This document shows positions 25,694-40,484 of a stretch of 64,000 nt of DNA, piece after piece. The notes under the pieces were generated by a model. That model did no database searches and was not told where the DNA came from. It worked only from the letters and a program-made list of their open reading frames with translations. Positions within the stretch are counted from its first letter, which is position 1. The number at the start of each line of letters is the position of its first letter. A program made the position numbers and the translations under genes. Source of the DNA: Dendrobates tinctorius (taxonomy: Eukaryota); contig NW_027361723.1 in the NCBI RefSeq assembly GCF_039654945.1, forward strand, positions 3,224,001-3,288,000, in the 5' to 3' direction.

Positions 25694-26318
25694 TACTAGT
25701 GTTTGCAACCAACGTATATGGATACGGATGGAAGCACACTAGATAGAATTTTTTAAAAATAAGCAGCTCAAAAAGAAAAATATGTATGAGGCAGCGGTGA
25801 GGCAAGCTGGGCGGCCTACAACCAGACGTGGCTGCAGGACCCACTCCACAGCGTGAGCTGCACTCACACAGCCCTTGCAGAGAGCTGTGAACACTGCTGC
25901 TAGGGAAAAGAAGGCTACAGTGGTGGTTTATGTAGCCTGGGTAAAGCACAATATTGTTTTGAGAATCGCTATTTCTAACTGTCCCTCACAGTCTTCAACA
26001 GCAGCCTGTCCCTAACTGAATTCACAGCAGAGTGACCAGAAATGGCGGCGGCGGTGGCTTTTATAGTGCATCATGACGTCATTTCAGCAGCCAATCACAG
26101 CCATGCCAATAGTTAACATGCCTACATGCCTAACAGGATGTGCCCACACTTCTGAGGATTCCCATTGGCTGAATCAAAGCGAGCGAGCTCCTAGCATTAT
26201 GGGAACTTCCGATTCCGGTATCCGATATGAAAAAAGTATCGGAAGTCAGTATCGGAATTCTGATACAGCTAAAATCGGCTGATACCCGATACTTGCGGTA
26301 TCGGAATGCTCAACACTA

Positions 26319-26932
26319 TTCAAGAGTCTATATGCCTGATTTTCATATAGCTCATTAGGCCATATCACAAGGTTGCCCCCCTTATCCGCAGCCTTAAAGA
26401 CAACGTCTTTCCATTTTTGCATCTCCTCTAAGGCTTTTTGTTGTTTATATGTTAAATTAAATTTTTTCTTCTTGGCCTCAGACAATTTCTCAATATCATT
26501 AGACACAATTTTTGTAAAAAATTCCACTGCAGGACAAACACAAGGAAAGACTAGAAGCAATGGGATGAAACTGAATGGGAGGAGACAGATTAGATATTAG
26601 AAAAAACTTTTTGACAGTTAGAGTGATCAATGAGTGGAACAGGCTGCCACAAGAAGTGGTGAGTTCTCCTTCAATGGAAGTCTTCAAACAGAGGCTGGAC
26701 AGACATCTGACTGGGATGATTTAGCGAATCTTGCTTTGAGCAGGGGGTTGGACCAGATGGCCCCTTCCAACTCTATGATTCTATGATTCACTCAATGCAG
26801 GGAATTTTTTAGATTTACAAAATAGATTTTTAAGGGAAATTGCTTACCTCAGACGAATTGTCATTTTCCTCCGCCAAGGATTCCAACACTTGAAGGGCCT
26901 CCTGCTCCTCTCTAGTGTTAAGACCCTCCACC
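26319..26932 (-). mobile_element. Penelope-like retroelement fragment (copy 1), interrupted by a CR1 3' end
   Basis: NLTYKQQKALEEM..VVFKAADKGGNLVIW, typical of the N-terminal part of Penelope-like RTs. Confidence 0.7.
26538..26789 (+). mobile_element. CR1 3'-end fragment
   Basis: Matches the 3' ~260 bp of the 53968-56342 CR1, including the ATTCTATG tail. Confidence 0.9.
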
Positions 26933-29900
26933 TGTTAGGCGTCGGATTCCTGGCACTGCACAGCAGGAATCCAGAGGCAGACATCCTGCGGTCTCCCACT
27001 CTTCCTCGACCGCTCCGGGTGTTGCTCAGCAAACACAGCGAGCCAGGCTTGCTGCTCAGACTCGCTCTGACAGCCTGGATGTTGCTGTCACCTCTGGTGC
27101 AGCAATGGTAGCGCAACCTGCTTTGCAGGGAACCGCTCCTGAGGATAAGTCCTCATGCCGTGCTACTGGGCTTACCCGCAACTTGACCTCTCACTGGAGA
27201 GCAGGGGTCACATGCTCAGGTCCTGCGTCGGATCTGATTGGTCCTTCCCAATCTAATGGAAGGTCCCGGAAGCGCATCGCTATAAAAAGCCCGCAGGGCG
27301 GCTTGGCGATGCGCTAGTGTAGATTTATCTTGCTATGTGTGTTAATGGTGACGGATGCATGGACCGGTGGCTGACTCATTATGAAACCCCTTCCCTCGGA
27401 TAATACGATTGGTGACAGTGTGTTCTTATGTCAGCACCAGGCAGCGGCAAGCTACGCCACAGTGCTCCCTCGCCTACACTAGCGTCCGTCGGTGCCCGGT
27501 TCTCGGCGCCGACGCTTGCGGCTATAGTTGCCGCTGCGCTGCATTAACAGTAGCCATTGGTGTTCGCGGCTGCGACGCCACATGCTGACTCCTGTGACGT
27601 TAACAGGGCCAGCGCCTTTACATATATTTCTGGCAAGCGACTCTGTGTCTGAACAGAGCCGCTCCTAGCGTTCGGGTGAAGTTAACCCATGCGCACTACG
27701 TCACCTTCTGATGCATCTGCCATTACCCAGCAGCGGTCTTACCAACTACCGCACGGTGGACCCCGGGCGGCGAACGCACCTCTTGTTATTTTCTATCTGG
27801 TGCGTTCCGCCGACCATAACATTACACTAGCGCCAGGGTCTGGCTGACAATGGCAGACGTGCAGCAGCTGCAGCGCTACATTCGGCAGCTGGAGAGCAGG
27901 TTGGCGGCTATCGAGAGCACCAACTCAGCTGCGAATGCTGCGCTAGCTGCCGCCCAGACGGTCGCTGAGGCAGTCTCACGTGTGCCCACACTCTTGCCCT
28001 CGCCGACAATCTCTTCCCTCCCGCTCCCCGATAAGTTTTCGGGTGAAAGCGCCACCTGTAGGGGATTCGTCAGTCAGTGCTCCATTCACCTGGAGTTGCT
28101 GGCTGCACTGTTTCCTACAGAGCGGGCTAAGGTGGGCTTCGTTGTCTCCTTATTGTCTGGCCGGGCATTGCAGTGGACCACACCATTGTGGGAACGTGAT
28201 GATCCCGTTGTTCAAGTGCCTGCTCAGTTCCTCGTGGCTCTGAAGCAGGTCTTCTTAGGACCACGGGTCACGCACGATACGGCTCTCCAACTGTTGTCGT
28301 TAACACAAGGGTCACTCTCGGTTAGCCATTATGCTGTCCGATTTCGGACATTGGCTTCCGAACTGGAGTGGCCGGACAAAGTATTAGTCCCAGTGTTCTG
28401 GAGAAGCCTAGCTGAGCACGTCAAGGATGCTCTAGCTACCCGAGATATTCCCACAACTCTGGAAAAAATTGATCGCCGTCTCCACCCGTATTGATCTCCG
28501 GTTCACGGAGCGCGGGTTGGAGAGGACTCAATCCAGACGTAAAATTAACCTGGCTCCCACCTTTACCGAACCGCTGAGCCATTCCGCACAGGAGTCTCCC
28601 TCCACCAAGCCCATGGAGGTATCTCGCACCGGCACTAAGCCACGTCAGGTGCGGGGCTCCGTGCGCTGTTATCACTGCCAACACTTTGGCCACTCGGCTG
28701 GCACATGTCCTCAGCGGCCGAAGGGACGACCCCGTTCCATGGTTGTAGGTGGTGGCCAGTCCCAGATGGAGTCCTTTTCGCCTAAGCTGGTATTCTGGGT
28801 TACCTTAGATAACGGTTCCTCCACCCGGGAGGCAGAGGTCACTCTGGATTCCGGGGCCGAGGGGAACTTTATGTCCTCGAGTTTTGCCCAGAGTCACACT
28901 ATCCCTCTGGTATTACTCCCACAACCTCTGACCATCAGGGTGGTGGATGGGGCATCATTGCCGTCTCAAGTGACCCATCAGACGGTCCCACTCGGTCTCG
29001 CCATGTCCCCCTCACATCGGGAGACCCTGTCCTTGCTTACTATGCCTCATGGCATCGATCAGGTACTCCTTGGGGTTCCCTGGCTTCGTTGTCACTCCCC
29101 TCACATAGATTGGGCTTCGGGGAGAATATTGGGCTGGAGCAAGGACTGCGAGGGTAGGTGTCTCAGGGACAGTCTTCAAGTAGCGTCTACAGAGCTGCCT
29201 ACAGATCTCTCCACGCTCCCTGAACCTTACCATCAATATGCAGACGTCTTCTCTAAGAGGTCCGTTGAGACACACCGTCCCTATGACTGCCCGATTGACC
29301 TCCTGCCAGGCACAGAACCTCCTCGAGGTTGTGTTTACCCATTATCTCTCCCGGAGACGGAGGCAATGTCCCAATACATCCGGGAGAACCTGGCACGGGG
29401 CTTTATCAGGAAGTCGGTGTCACCGGCCGGGGCAGGCTTCTTCTTCGCTCAGAAGAGCGGAGAGTTACGCCCTTGCATCGACTACCGGGGTCTCAATGCC
29501 ATCACGGTAAAGAATAAGTACCCTCTCCCGTTGATCTCCGAGTTGTTCGACAGGTTGCATGGGGCGCGACTCTTTACTAAGCTAGATCTACGAGGGGCAT
29601 ACAACCTGATCTGTATTCGCGAGGGAGACAGGTTTTAATACTCGGAATGGCCATTATGAATATCTGGTCATGCCCTTCGGCCTTTGTAATGCGCCCGCTG
29701 TCTGTCCAGGACTTCGTCAACGACGTCTTCCGTGACATGCTTTCTACCTCGGTGGTGGTCTATCTGGATGACATCCTCATCTTTTCGCCAGATTTGCCCA
29801 CCCACCGGAAAGATGTCTGCAGGGTATTTGACCGCCTACGGGTGAATTCCCTGTTCGCCAAGCTGGAGAAGTGTCAGTTCGAGCAGGAGTCCTTGCCATT

Positions 29901-30795
29901 TCTGGGCTACGTCATCTCGGCCCAGGGGTTGGCTATGGATCCGGCCAAACTGCAAGCGGTTATCGACTGGCAGGAACCCCATTCTCTTAAAGCGGTGCAG
30001 CGCTTTTTAGGGTTCATTAACTATTACCGCCAGTTTATACCCCACTTCTCCACCCTGGTAGCTCCTTTGGTTGCTCTCACGAAAAAAGGAGCTAATCCTA
30101 AGGCGTGGACCGAACAGGTTTCTAAGGCCTTTTCCTCCATAAAGTCCCACTTTGCAGGCGCTCCCATTTTACACTGTCCCGATGTGGATAAGCCGTTTAT
30201 CCTTGAGGTAGACGCTTCTTCCGTCGGTGCAGGAGCAGTCCTTTACCAAAAGGATGCTCAAGGTCGGAAGCATCCCTGCTTCTTCTATTCTAAGACCTTC
30301 TCACCAGCGGAGAATAATTACTCCATCGGCGACAGGGAGCTGCTGGCCATGAAATTGGCTTTTTCCGAGTGGAGACATCTCCTGGAGGGAGCCCGGTTCC
30401 CCTTTCAGGTCTTCACAGACCATAAAAACCAGGTCTATCTTCAGACGGCCCAACGCCTGAATTCCCGTCAGGCCAGGTGGTCGCTCTTCTTTTCTCGCTT
30501 CCGCTTCACCCTACACTACCTCTCTGGGGAGAAGAACGTCCGAACAGATGCCCTCTCACGCTCGGTGGTCTCAGCGGAGGAGGGAGAAGCGGAGCCTCGG
30601 TTAATTCTACCTCCGGAGAGTTTTAAGACCGTGGCTCCTATCGCTCTTGAGTCGGTACCGCCAGGCAAGACCTTGGAGCCCCCTCGGCTACGGCCGGAGG
30701 TTCTTGCCTGGGCACATGCCTCCAGGCTAGGGGGCCATTTTGGTAATAAACGGACCACCGAACTCCTGGCAAGGTCATATTGGTGGCCGCATATG
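26933..30795 (+). mobile_element. Ty3/Gypsy LTR retrotransposon (Tf1/sushi chromovirus-like); 5' LTR 26933-27821, gag-pol truncated in integrase
   Basis: LTR TG..CA preceded by ccacc; gag 27850.. (PDKFSG), CCHC knuckle CYHCQHFGHSAGTC, protease LDSGA, RT LRPCIDYRGLN and YLDDILI, RNase H VDASSVG, integrase HH motif; frameshifts near 28465 and 29635. Confidence 0.93.
27823..27833 (+). promoter_or_regulatory. Self-priming primer-binding site (complementary to the predicted transcript 5' end at 27311-27321)
   Basis: PBS tacactagcgc, 1 nt after the LTR end, is the exact reverse complement of gcgctagtgta, which starts 30 nt after the LTR TATAAAA at 27281. Confidence 0.85.
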
Positions 30796-33700
30796 GCTCC
30801 AACATATGTAACGTTGAATTCCACCTGGTGGGTAGGTCACATATAATGCGATGTTCCGGAAGGCGTAATCGGCGCTGCAGAGCAGCAAGGCGCGATCTTG
30901 CCGTGCTGGAACGACGCAAGTGAGCGCACTCTATGCGGACCTTGTGCAGCAGTGCATCAAGATCCGGATAGTCCCTCAGAAAGCTCTGCACGACCAAGTT
31001 CAGCACATGTGCCAGACATGGAATGTGAGTGAGGTTGCCTAGGCCAAGAGCTGCCACCAGATTTCGGCCATTGTCACACACTACCAAGCCCGGCTGGAGA
31101 TTCGCTGGCACAAACCACACGTCGCTCTCCTGCTTGATGGCATTCCAGAGCTCCTGCGCTGTGTGGCTTCGATTCCCCAAAGAAATTAAATTCAGTACGG
31201 CCTGTGGACGTTTGGCCGCGGCTGTGCTCATATCGGTCGAAACAGGTTCCTGCTGCGCTGTTTCACTTGAGTAGGAGGAGTAGTCAATATGTACAGACTG
31301 GATTCCTGCAATCCGTGGAGTTGGCAGAACACGTAGAGCGCCACTCTCCAGATCTGTACCCGGCTCCACAACATTGACCCAATTGGCAGTGAGGGAAAGG
31401 TATCGTCCCTGTCCATGGTTACTGGTCCACGCATCAGTGGTCAGGTGGACCTTGCTACTGACGGCGTTTAGTAGCGCATGTTTTATGTTTGCCTCCACAT
31501 GTTTCTGCAGGGCAGGGACGGCTCGCCTGCTGAAATAAAAGCGGCTGGGCACAGCGTATTGTGGGACTGCCAATACCATGAAGTCCCAGAAGGTGTCAGT
31601 CTCCACCAGCCTGAATGACAGCATTTCAAGGGCCAGTAGTTTGGCAATGCCAGCATTCAAAGCCTGTGCTCGGGGATGGTTTGCCGAGTATGGCCGCCTT
31701 TTCTCCCATGCCTGTGCTACCGATGGCTGCCGAGTGGCCTGGGAGTGTGAGGATGACTTGGAACGTGGTGTTGTGGGTGGAATGTCACAGGGTCACCGGA
31801 CAACAGTGCCAGAGGTTCTTCCTTGGCGATCCTTGCCTTTTGAAATTGGAATGCTCCTAACGGGTGCCGAAGTGGAGGCTACAGGCAACCAAGTCTGCCC
31901 CCCTCCATCTCCCTCCGGTTTTGGCCTTTCGGGGAATCTCTTCCTCAGAGCTGCTCCCACCACCTTCCTGTTCCTCACGCCATGATGGGTCAAGGACCTC
32001 ATCATCTACACTCCCCTCTTCAAACACCTGCTTCTCCTGGATTGTCTCGCCAGCACCGTACGCACCAGAAAGTGGTAACTGAGTCTCGTCATCATCTGAT
32101 GCGTACTGAGGTGTGCTGACCATAGGCACTGGCCCACCCGCCTCTTCAGATTCAGAGGGACAAAGAAGTTGCGCATCACTGCATACTCCCTCTTCTTCAC
32201 ATTCTGGAATGCTGCTTGGCTGGCCCCCTCTTTCCAAACCAACAGATTCTGAGAACAGAAGTAGAGACTGTGATGGCTCCTGTCCAGGGCTCTGACTGCC
32301 TGGGCACGTTGGCAGGTGGTGAAGAGTCAGATGGTTGCTCTTCGATGCTCTGGCCCTGAGAGGATGTCGAAGTAATTGAAGTCGATGCGTTAACTGCCAT
32401 CCATCCGACAACGGCTTCAATTTGTTCCTCCCGTAGCAGTGGGGTACGGCGAGGTCCTACAAAGCTGCGCATAAAGGACTGTTGCCTGCTAAAACTGGGG
32501 GATGCTGACTCACTGGTGCCAGCAGCAGGCACAGAATCCCCACGTCCTCTCCCTGCTGAATCTCCACGTCCTCTCCCTGCTGAATCTCCACGCCAATGTT
32601 CCTTACTCCCTGCCTTCTTCATCTTGCTAGACTGATAAAGATAGGCAGAAAAGTACAAAGGGGGGCCTTAGTGTGCTTATTCCTGAACAGCTGGTTACAG
32701 GTATAAGAAACACTAATTTTATGAAGTGTGTGTGTCGACTACACTTTAATGGGAGCTAATGTGGCCTACACAACTTTCAAATGTAGTGTTTGTTGAACTT
32801 TGCTGTTTTTTTTTTTTGGGGGGGGGGGGAAACTAAAAGGATGTGACCAAAGATTTGAAAGTCAGAGTATCACCAATTTTCTGGAGCTATTACAATGCAG
32901 GCAGGTAACCTACAATGCAAAAGATGAGGCTCCAAAAAAATTGGGTAATACTAATCTGGCTGCAGCTGAAGGGCACAAGCCAGAAAAAAGGCTCCTCTAT
33001 CTACTCCTATATAGTGTTTGCAACCAACCAATGTAGATGGATAGGGATGGATGCACACTAATAGGAGAAGAAAAAATGAGCTGCAATAAAAGAAAAATGT
33101 GTGAGGCAGTGACGCACGCTGAGCGGCCTACAACCAGACGTAGCTGCAGGACACACTACTCAGCGTGAGCTGCACTCAAACACAGTCAGAGACCTCTCAG
33201 ACAGCCGTGAACAGTGCAGCTAAGTGGGCACTAGCACTGACAGGCTGCAGAAAGGCTCCGCTGTCTACTACTAGTGTTTGCAACCAACGTATATGGATAC
33301 GGATGGAAGCACACTAGATAGAATTTTTTAAAAATAAGCAGCTCAAAAAGAAAAATATGTATGAGGCAGCGGTGAGGCAAGCTGGGCGGCCTACAACCAG
33401 ACGTGGCTGCAGGACCCACTCCACAGCGTGAGCTGCACTCACACAGCCCTTGCAGACAGCTGTGAACACTGCTGCTAGGGAAAAGAAGGCTACAGTGGTG
33501 GTTTATGTAGCCTGGGTAAAGCACAATATTGTTTTGAGAATCGCTATTTCTAACTGTCCCTCACAGTCTCCAACAGCAGCCTGTCCCTAACTGAATTCAC
33601 AGCAGAGTGACCAGAAATGGCGGCGGCAGTGGCTTTTATAGTGCATCATGACATCATTTCAGCAGCCAATCACAGCCATGCCAATAGTTAACATGCCTAA

Positions 33701-33885
33701 CAGGATGTGCCCACACTGCTGAGGATTCCCATTGGCTGAATCAAAGCGAGCGAGCTCCTAGCATTATGGGAACTTCCGATTACGGTATCCGATATGAAAA
33801 AAGTATCGGAAGTCAGTATCGGAATTCTGATACAGCTAAAATCGGCTGATACCCGATACTTGCGGTATCGGAATGCTCAACACTA

Positions 33886-36174
<2,289 letters not shown>

Positions 36175-38292
36175 TGCGTCTCCGCACCGGTGTAGTAGCG
36201 AATCCACCCCCTCTGGTTGCGCTCTTGGATTTAGGGAGTAGAACCTGTCCACTTTCCGATTTTCCCTGGTGGTGGCAAACAGGTCTACTTCTGGTGTGCC
36301 CCAGGCAGCGCAGATTTCTTCAAATATTTTTGACTTAGGGTCCATTCTCCCTGGAGTAGTACATGGCGGCTTAAATAATCGGCCAGATAATTGTCTGCCC
36401 CCTTTAAAATGTGTACCCGATAAGGACAGAAGATTGTTTTCCGCCCATGCGAATAATTCCCTGGCCTCTGCCATAAGGGTTGCCGACCTTGTACCCCCTT
36501 GTCTGTTTATGTATGCTATGACCGTGTTGTTGTCTGATAATATGGTGACATGTCTCCCTTGTACTTCTTGCTTTACCAGGGGAAGGGCTCGCCTTACAGC
36601 CACCAGTTCTTTAAGATTTGAGGATGCATCCCTCATTCCGGGTTCCCACTGGCCCTGTAGGGTTCGTTTCTCTGTGTGTGCCCCCCCAACCACTCAGACT
36701 TGCGTCCGTGGTTAATACCACCGAGTTTTGAGTAGTCCAGGGCACTGATCTGGTTAAATTTTCGGTGCTCAGCCACCATTTCAGCGACTCCTGCACTTGA
36801 GGGGAGAGAATGATCTCCCGGTTTAAATTGGAAGGACCCTTCTCCTGCTTGGATAGGATCTGCTACTGTAGCTCTCTCGTATGGGCTTGTGCCCACCGGA
36901 CCGCTGGGATTGTTGCTGTTAACATGCTCAGGAGCGACATCGCCTCACTTACTGATATGGCTCGACCGGATTGTATCCGTTGTGTTTTTTGTTGGATAGC
37001 CCCAATTTTTCTTTCTGGAAGAATGCACTGCTGTTTTAATGAGTCCAATTGAATTCCAAGGAATTCTTGTGACTGCACTGGAGTTAATTTGGATTTTCTC
37101 AGATTGATCATCCAGCCCAACCTGGTTAATATTTCCAGTACCTTTGTAACTGCATCTTCGCAATTTTGCTTGTCATTTGCTATGACCAGGAAATCGTCTA
37201 GATAGGGTACTAGCAGGTTATTCTCCCTTCTTATAAAGGACGCTATTTCCCTAATTTTTGTAAATATGAGGGGCCACTGATAACCCGAAGGGTAGGTACT
37301 GGTACTGTAGTGGAGTGGGAATTTGAGCTCTCCTCTACCACCAGTCTTAGATATTGTTGGTGCTCTCCCCATATTGGGACATGGTAATAGGCGTCGGTAA
37401 GATCTATTACTGCCATGTAGCAACCTGGGTCGAGTAGCTTAACTGCTGACCCCAAGGTCTCCATTTTGAATTTATCTGTTCTGATGTATTGGTTCAGGGC
37501 TTTGAGATTGAATATTGTTCTTAGTGACCCATCTGGTTTTGGCGTGAGGAACAGAGTCCTGTACCCTTTCCCTTCTTGATGAGACGGGACTTTTATTAGT
37601 ACCTCTTTTTGAAGGAGGAGCTGGATCTCCTTTTCTAGCGTAGCCTGATTCTTTTTGGCTACCCGGGTCACTTTTAGTCTTTGGGGTGGAAGGCTTAGAA
37701 AACTGAGTCGTAGGCCCCCGGCTAACAGGTCGGTTACCCACTTTGAGGTGAGCAATGCTACCCACTGATGGACAAAAAGAACCGAAGCCTTCCTCCGAAC
37801 GCCCTGGCGTCATTGCTTAGTATCGGGTCTCGGGGTGGTTTTACTAAAGAGGAATCCCTTCTCTCTTCCCCTCCAGGGTCTGCCCCGCGTGGTCCTATCG
37901 TATGGCTGCCCTCGGCTCCCTCTGTTCCCTGTTCCCACGAAAGGATGAGCGAGCTTCTGTCCACCGGCGCCTAGGGAAGGGGGGTGGAAACCGTTTTTTC
38001 TTATCTGACGCTTTTTCTAAAATTTCATCCAATGCTTTCCCAAACAAGTATGGACCCTCACAAGGAACGGCACAGAGTTTAACTTTTGACTGGAAGTCTG
38101 CCGACCAGTTTTTTTAACCAAAGTGCTCTGCGGCCTGAATTTCAAAGGACGCATGCACGGGCGGCACCATGGACGGAGTCTACTGCGGCGTCCGCCAGGA
38201 ATTCCGCTGCCTTCTGTAGGGAAGGTATTGCCTCCAGCAAGGTCTCCCTTGGGCATTTATTCTTAATTTGGCCTTTCCCTACAGAAGACATA

Positions 38293-39514
38293 CACTCACT
38301 GGCCACTTTATTAGGTACACCTGTCCAACTGTGTGTTAAGACTTAATTTCTAATCAGCCAATCACATGGCGGCAACTCAGTGCATTTAGGCATGTAGACA
38401 TGGTCAAGACAATCTCCTGCAGTTCAAACCGAGCATCAGTATGGGGAAGAAAGGTGATTTGAGTGCCTTTGAACGTGGCATGATTGTTGGTGCCAGAAGG
38501 GCTGGTCTAAGAATTTCAGAAACTGCTGATCTACTGGGATTTTCACGCACAACCATCTCTAGGGTTTACAGAGAATGGTCCGAAAAAGAAAAAATAATCC
38601 AGTGAGCGGCAGTTCTGTGGCCGGAAATGCCATGTTGATGCCAGAGGTCAGAGGAGAATGGGCAGACTGGTTCGAGCTGATAGAAAGGCAACAGTGACTC
38701 AAATTGCCACCCGTTACAACCAAGGTAGGCAGAAGAGCATCTCTGAACGCACAGTGCGTCGAACTTTGAGGCAGATGGGCTACAGCAGCAGAAGACCACA
38801 CTGGGTACCACTCCTCTCAGCTAAGAACAGGAAACTGAGGCTACAATTTGCACAAGCTCATCGAAATTGGACAGTAGAAGATTGGAAAAACGTTGCCTGG
38901 TCTGATGAGTCTCGATTTCTGCTGCGACATTCGGATGGTAGGGTCAGAATTTGGCGTAAACAACATGAAAGCATGGATCCATCCTGCCTTGTATCAACGG
39001 TTCAGGCTGGTGGTGGTGGTGTCATGGTGTGGGGAATTTTTTCTGGGCACTCTTTGGGCCCCTTGGTACCAATTGAGCATCGTTGCAACGCCACAGCCTA
39101 CCTGAGTATTGTTGCTGACCATGTCCATCCCTTTATGACCACAATGTACCCAACATCTGATGGCTACTTTCAGCAGGATAATGCGCCATGTCATAAAGCT
39201 CGAATCATCTCAGATTGGTTTCTTGAACATGACAATGAGTTTACTGTACTCAAATGGCCTCCTCAGTCACCAGATCTCAATCCAATAGAGCATCTTTGGG
39301 ATGTGGTGGAACGGGAGATTCGCATCAGGGATGTGCAGCCGACAAATCGGCGCCAACTGTGTGATGCCATCATGTCAATATGGTCCAAAATCTCTGAGGA
39401 ATGCTTCCAGCACCTTGTTGAATCTCTGCCACGAAGAATTGAGGCAGTTCTGAAGGCAAAAGGGGGTCCAACCCCTTACTAGCATGGTGTACCTAATAAA
39501 GTGGCCAGTGAGTG
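38293..39514 (+). mobile_element. Tc1/mariner transposon, DD36E (Incomer-like), 1222 bp
   Basis: TIRs CACTCACTGGCCACTTTATTAGGTACACC; TA TSD at 38291-38292 and 39515-39516. Confidence 0.95.
38441..39482 (+). pseudogene. Tc1 transposase with a single +1 frameshift near 38597
   Basis: MGKKGDLSAFERGMIVG start; WSDESRF, VMVWG, QQDNAPCH and WPPQSPDLNPIEHLW; 36 residues between D and E. Confidence 0.9.
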
Positions 39515-40484
39515 TATATAGGGCAATTGTTAATATATTGTGCTGCCTTACAAACCTGGCCCCTTTCCTGGGTACCCCGGTAGCTCTTCATCCTGCGCGT
39601 TCCTCTCGGCTTTAGGATCCATTTTCCTTCTGCTGCTGGTCTGGATCTATAACACTGGAGCCCGTGTGCAGCCTCTCAGGGACCAGTGGCGCCTGCCTAG
39701 TCTCCCTTTTTATGGAGGAGCGGTGCGCGCTTCTGGGACTGCTCCCGCCCGGAAGTGCCCAGTACACCGTTCCCCCGGCGTGTGACGTCACGTCCAGTGC
39801 GACCCCGGAAGCCGTCGCCACTCAGTCGGTGCCAGCGTCATGGTGGCCATGCCTCCCCCGGCTCTGCCTCCCACTGGAGCGGCCGCCGGGGAGTCACACG
39901 AGGAGGACACCGCTCACAGCGCCCACCGAGCAGGGCTGACAGGCGCACGCCACTGTGCCCCGCTGCCGTCCTCTCCCCGTGGACCTCGGCCTCCTGACTG
40001 GACATCAGAGGGGGATCCCTCCGGAGGTACAGGCTCTGCCCCAAGCATTCCGGCTGCAGGAAACCAAACTGGGGAGAGAGGTGCCGCCCCCTTCTTATGT
40101 CTCTGCTACAGGTTTCCTGTTTCCTGGGGGGCGGATACCTACTCATGTCTGCGGTGCTGTCATGGGGAAGGGAAAAATACGACATAGTTGTAATAACAGA
40201 CATGGTTAGATGACAGCTATGACTGGGCGGCTAACTTGCAAGGATATGATTTGTTTAGGAGGGATCGTAAAAAATAAAAAGGAAAGGGGGTGGAGTCTGT
40301 CTATATATAAAGTCCACACTAAGAGAAGATATACAAGAGGGAAATGAAGAGGTGGAGTCTCTATGGGTGGAGATACAAGGAGGGAGATGTAATAAAATCC
40401 TCATAGGGGTTTGTTATAAGCCACCAAATATAACAGAAGCCACTGAGAATGTATTATTGAAACAAATAGACAAAGCAGCAAACC

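Larger units (their letters stand above)
14842..26318 (-). mobile_element. hAT DNA transposon 2 (decayed), carrying nested Rex1-type LINE and pogo insertions
   Basis: TIRs TAGTGTTGAGCG (14842) and GCTCAACACTA (ends 26318); ccgatac subterminal repeats; internal transposase. Flanking 8-mers ctgctgag and ttcaagag do not match. Confidence 0.82.
36187..40176 (-). mobile_element. DIRS-type retrotransposon, decayed (gag region, RT, RNase H; tyrosine recombinase absent), interrupted by Tc1
   Basis: KFKMETL, IDLTDAYYHVPI, PYLDDFLVI, TTDASLSGWG, SSNLKELVAV, SDNNTVIAYINRQGGTRS and PEVDLFAT in frameshifted minus-strand ORFs. The outer limits are approximate. Confidence 0.85.
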
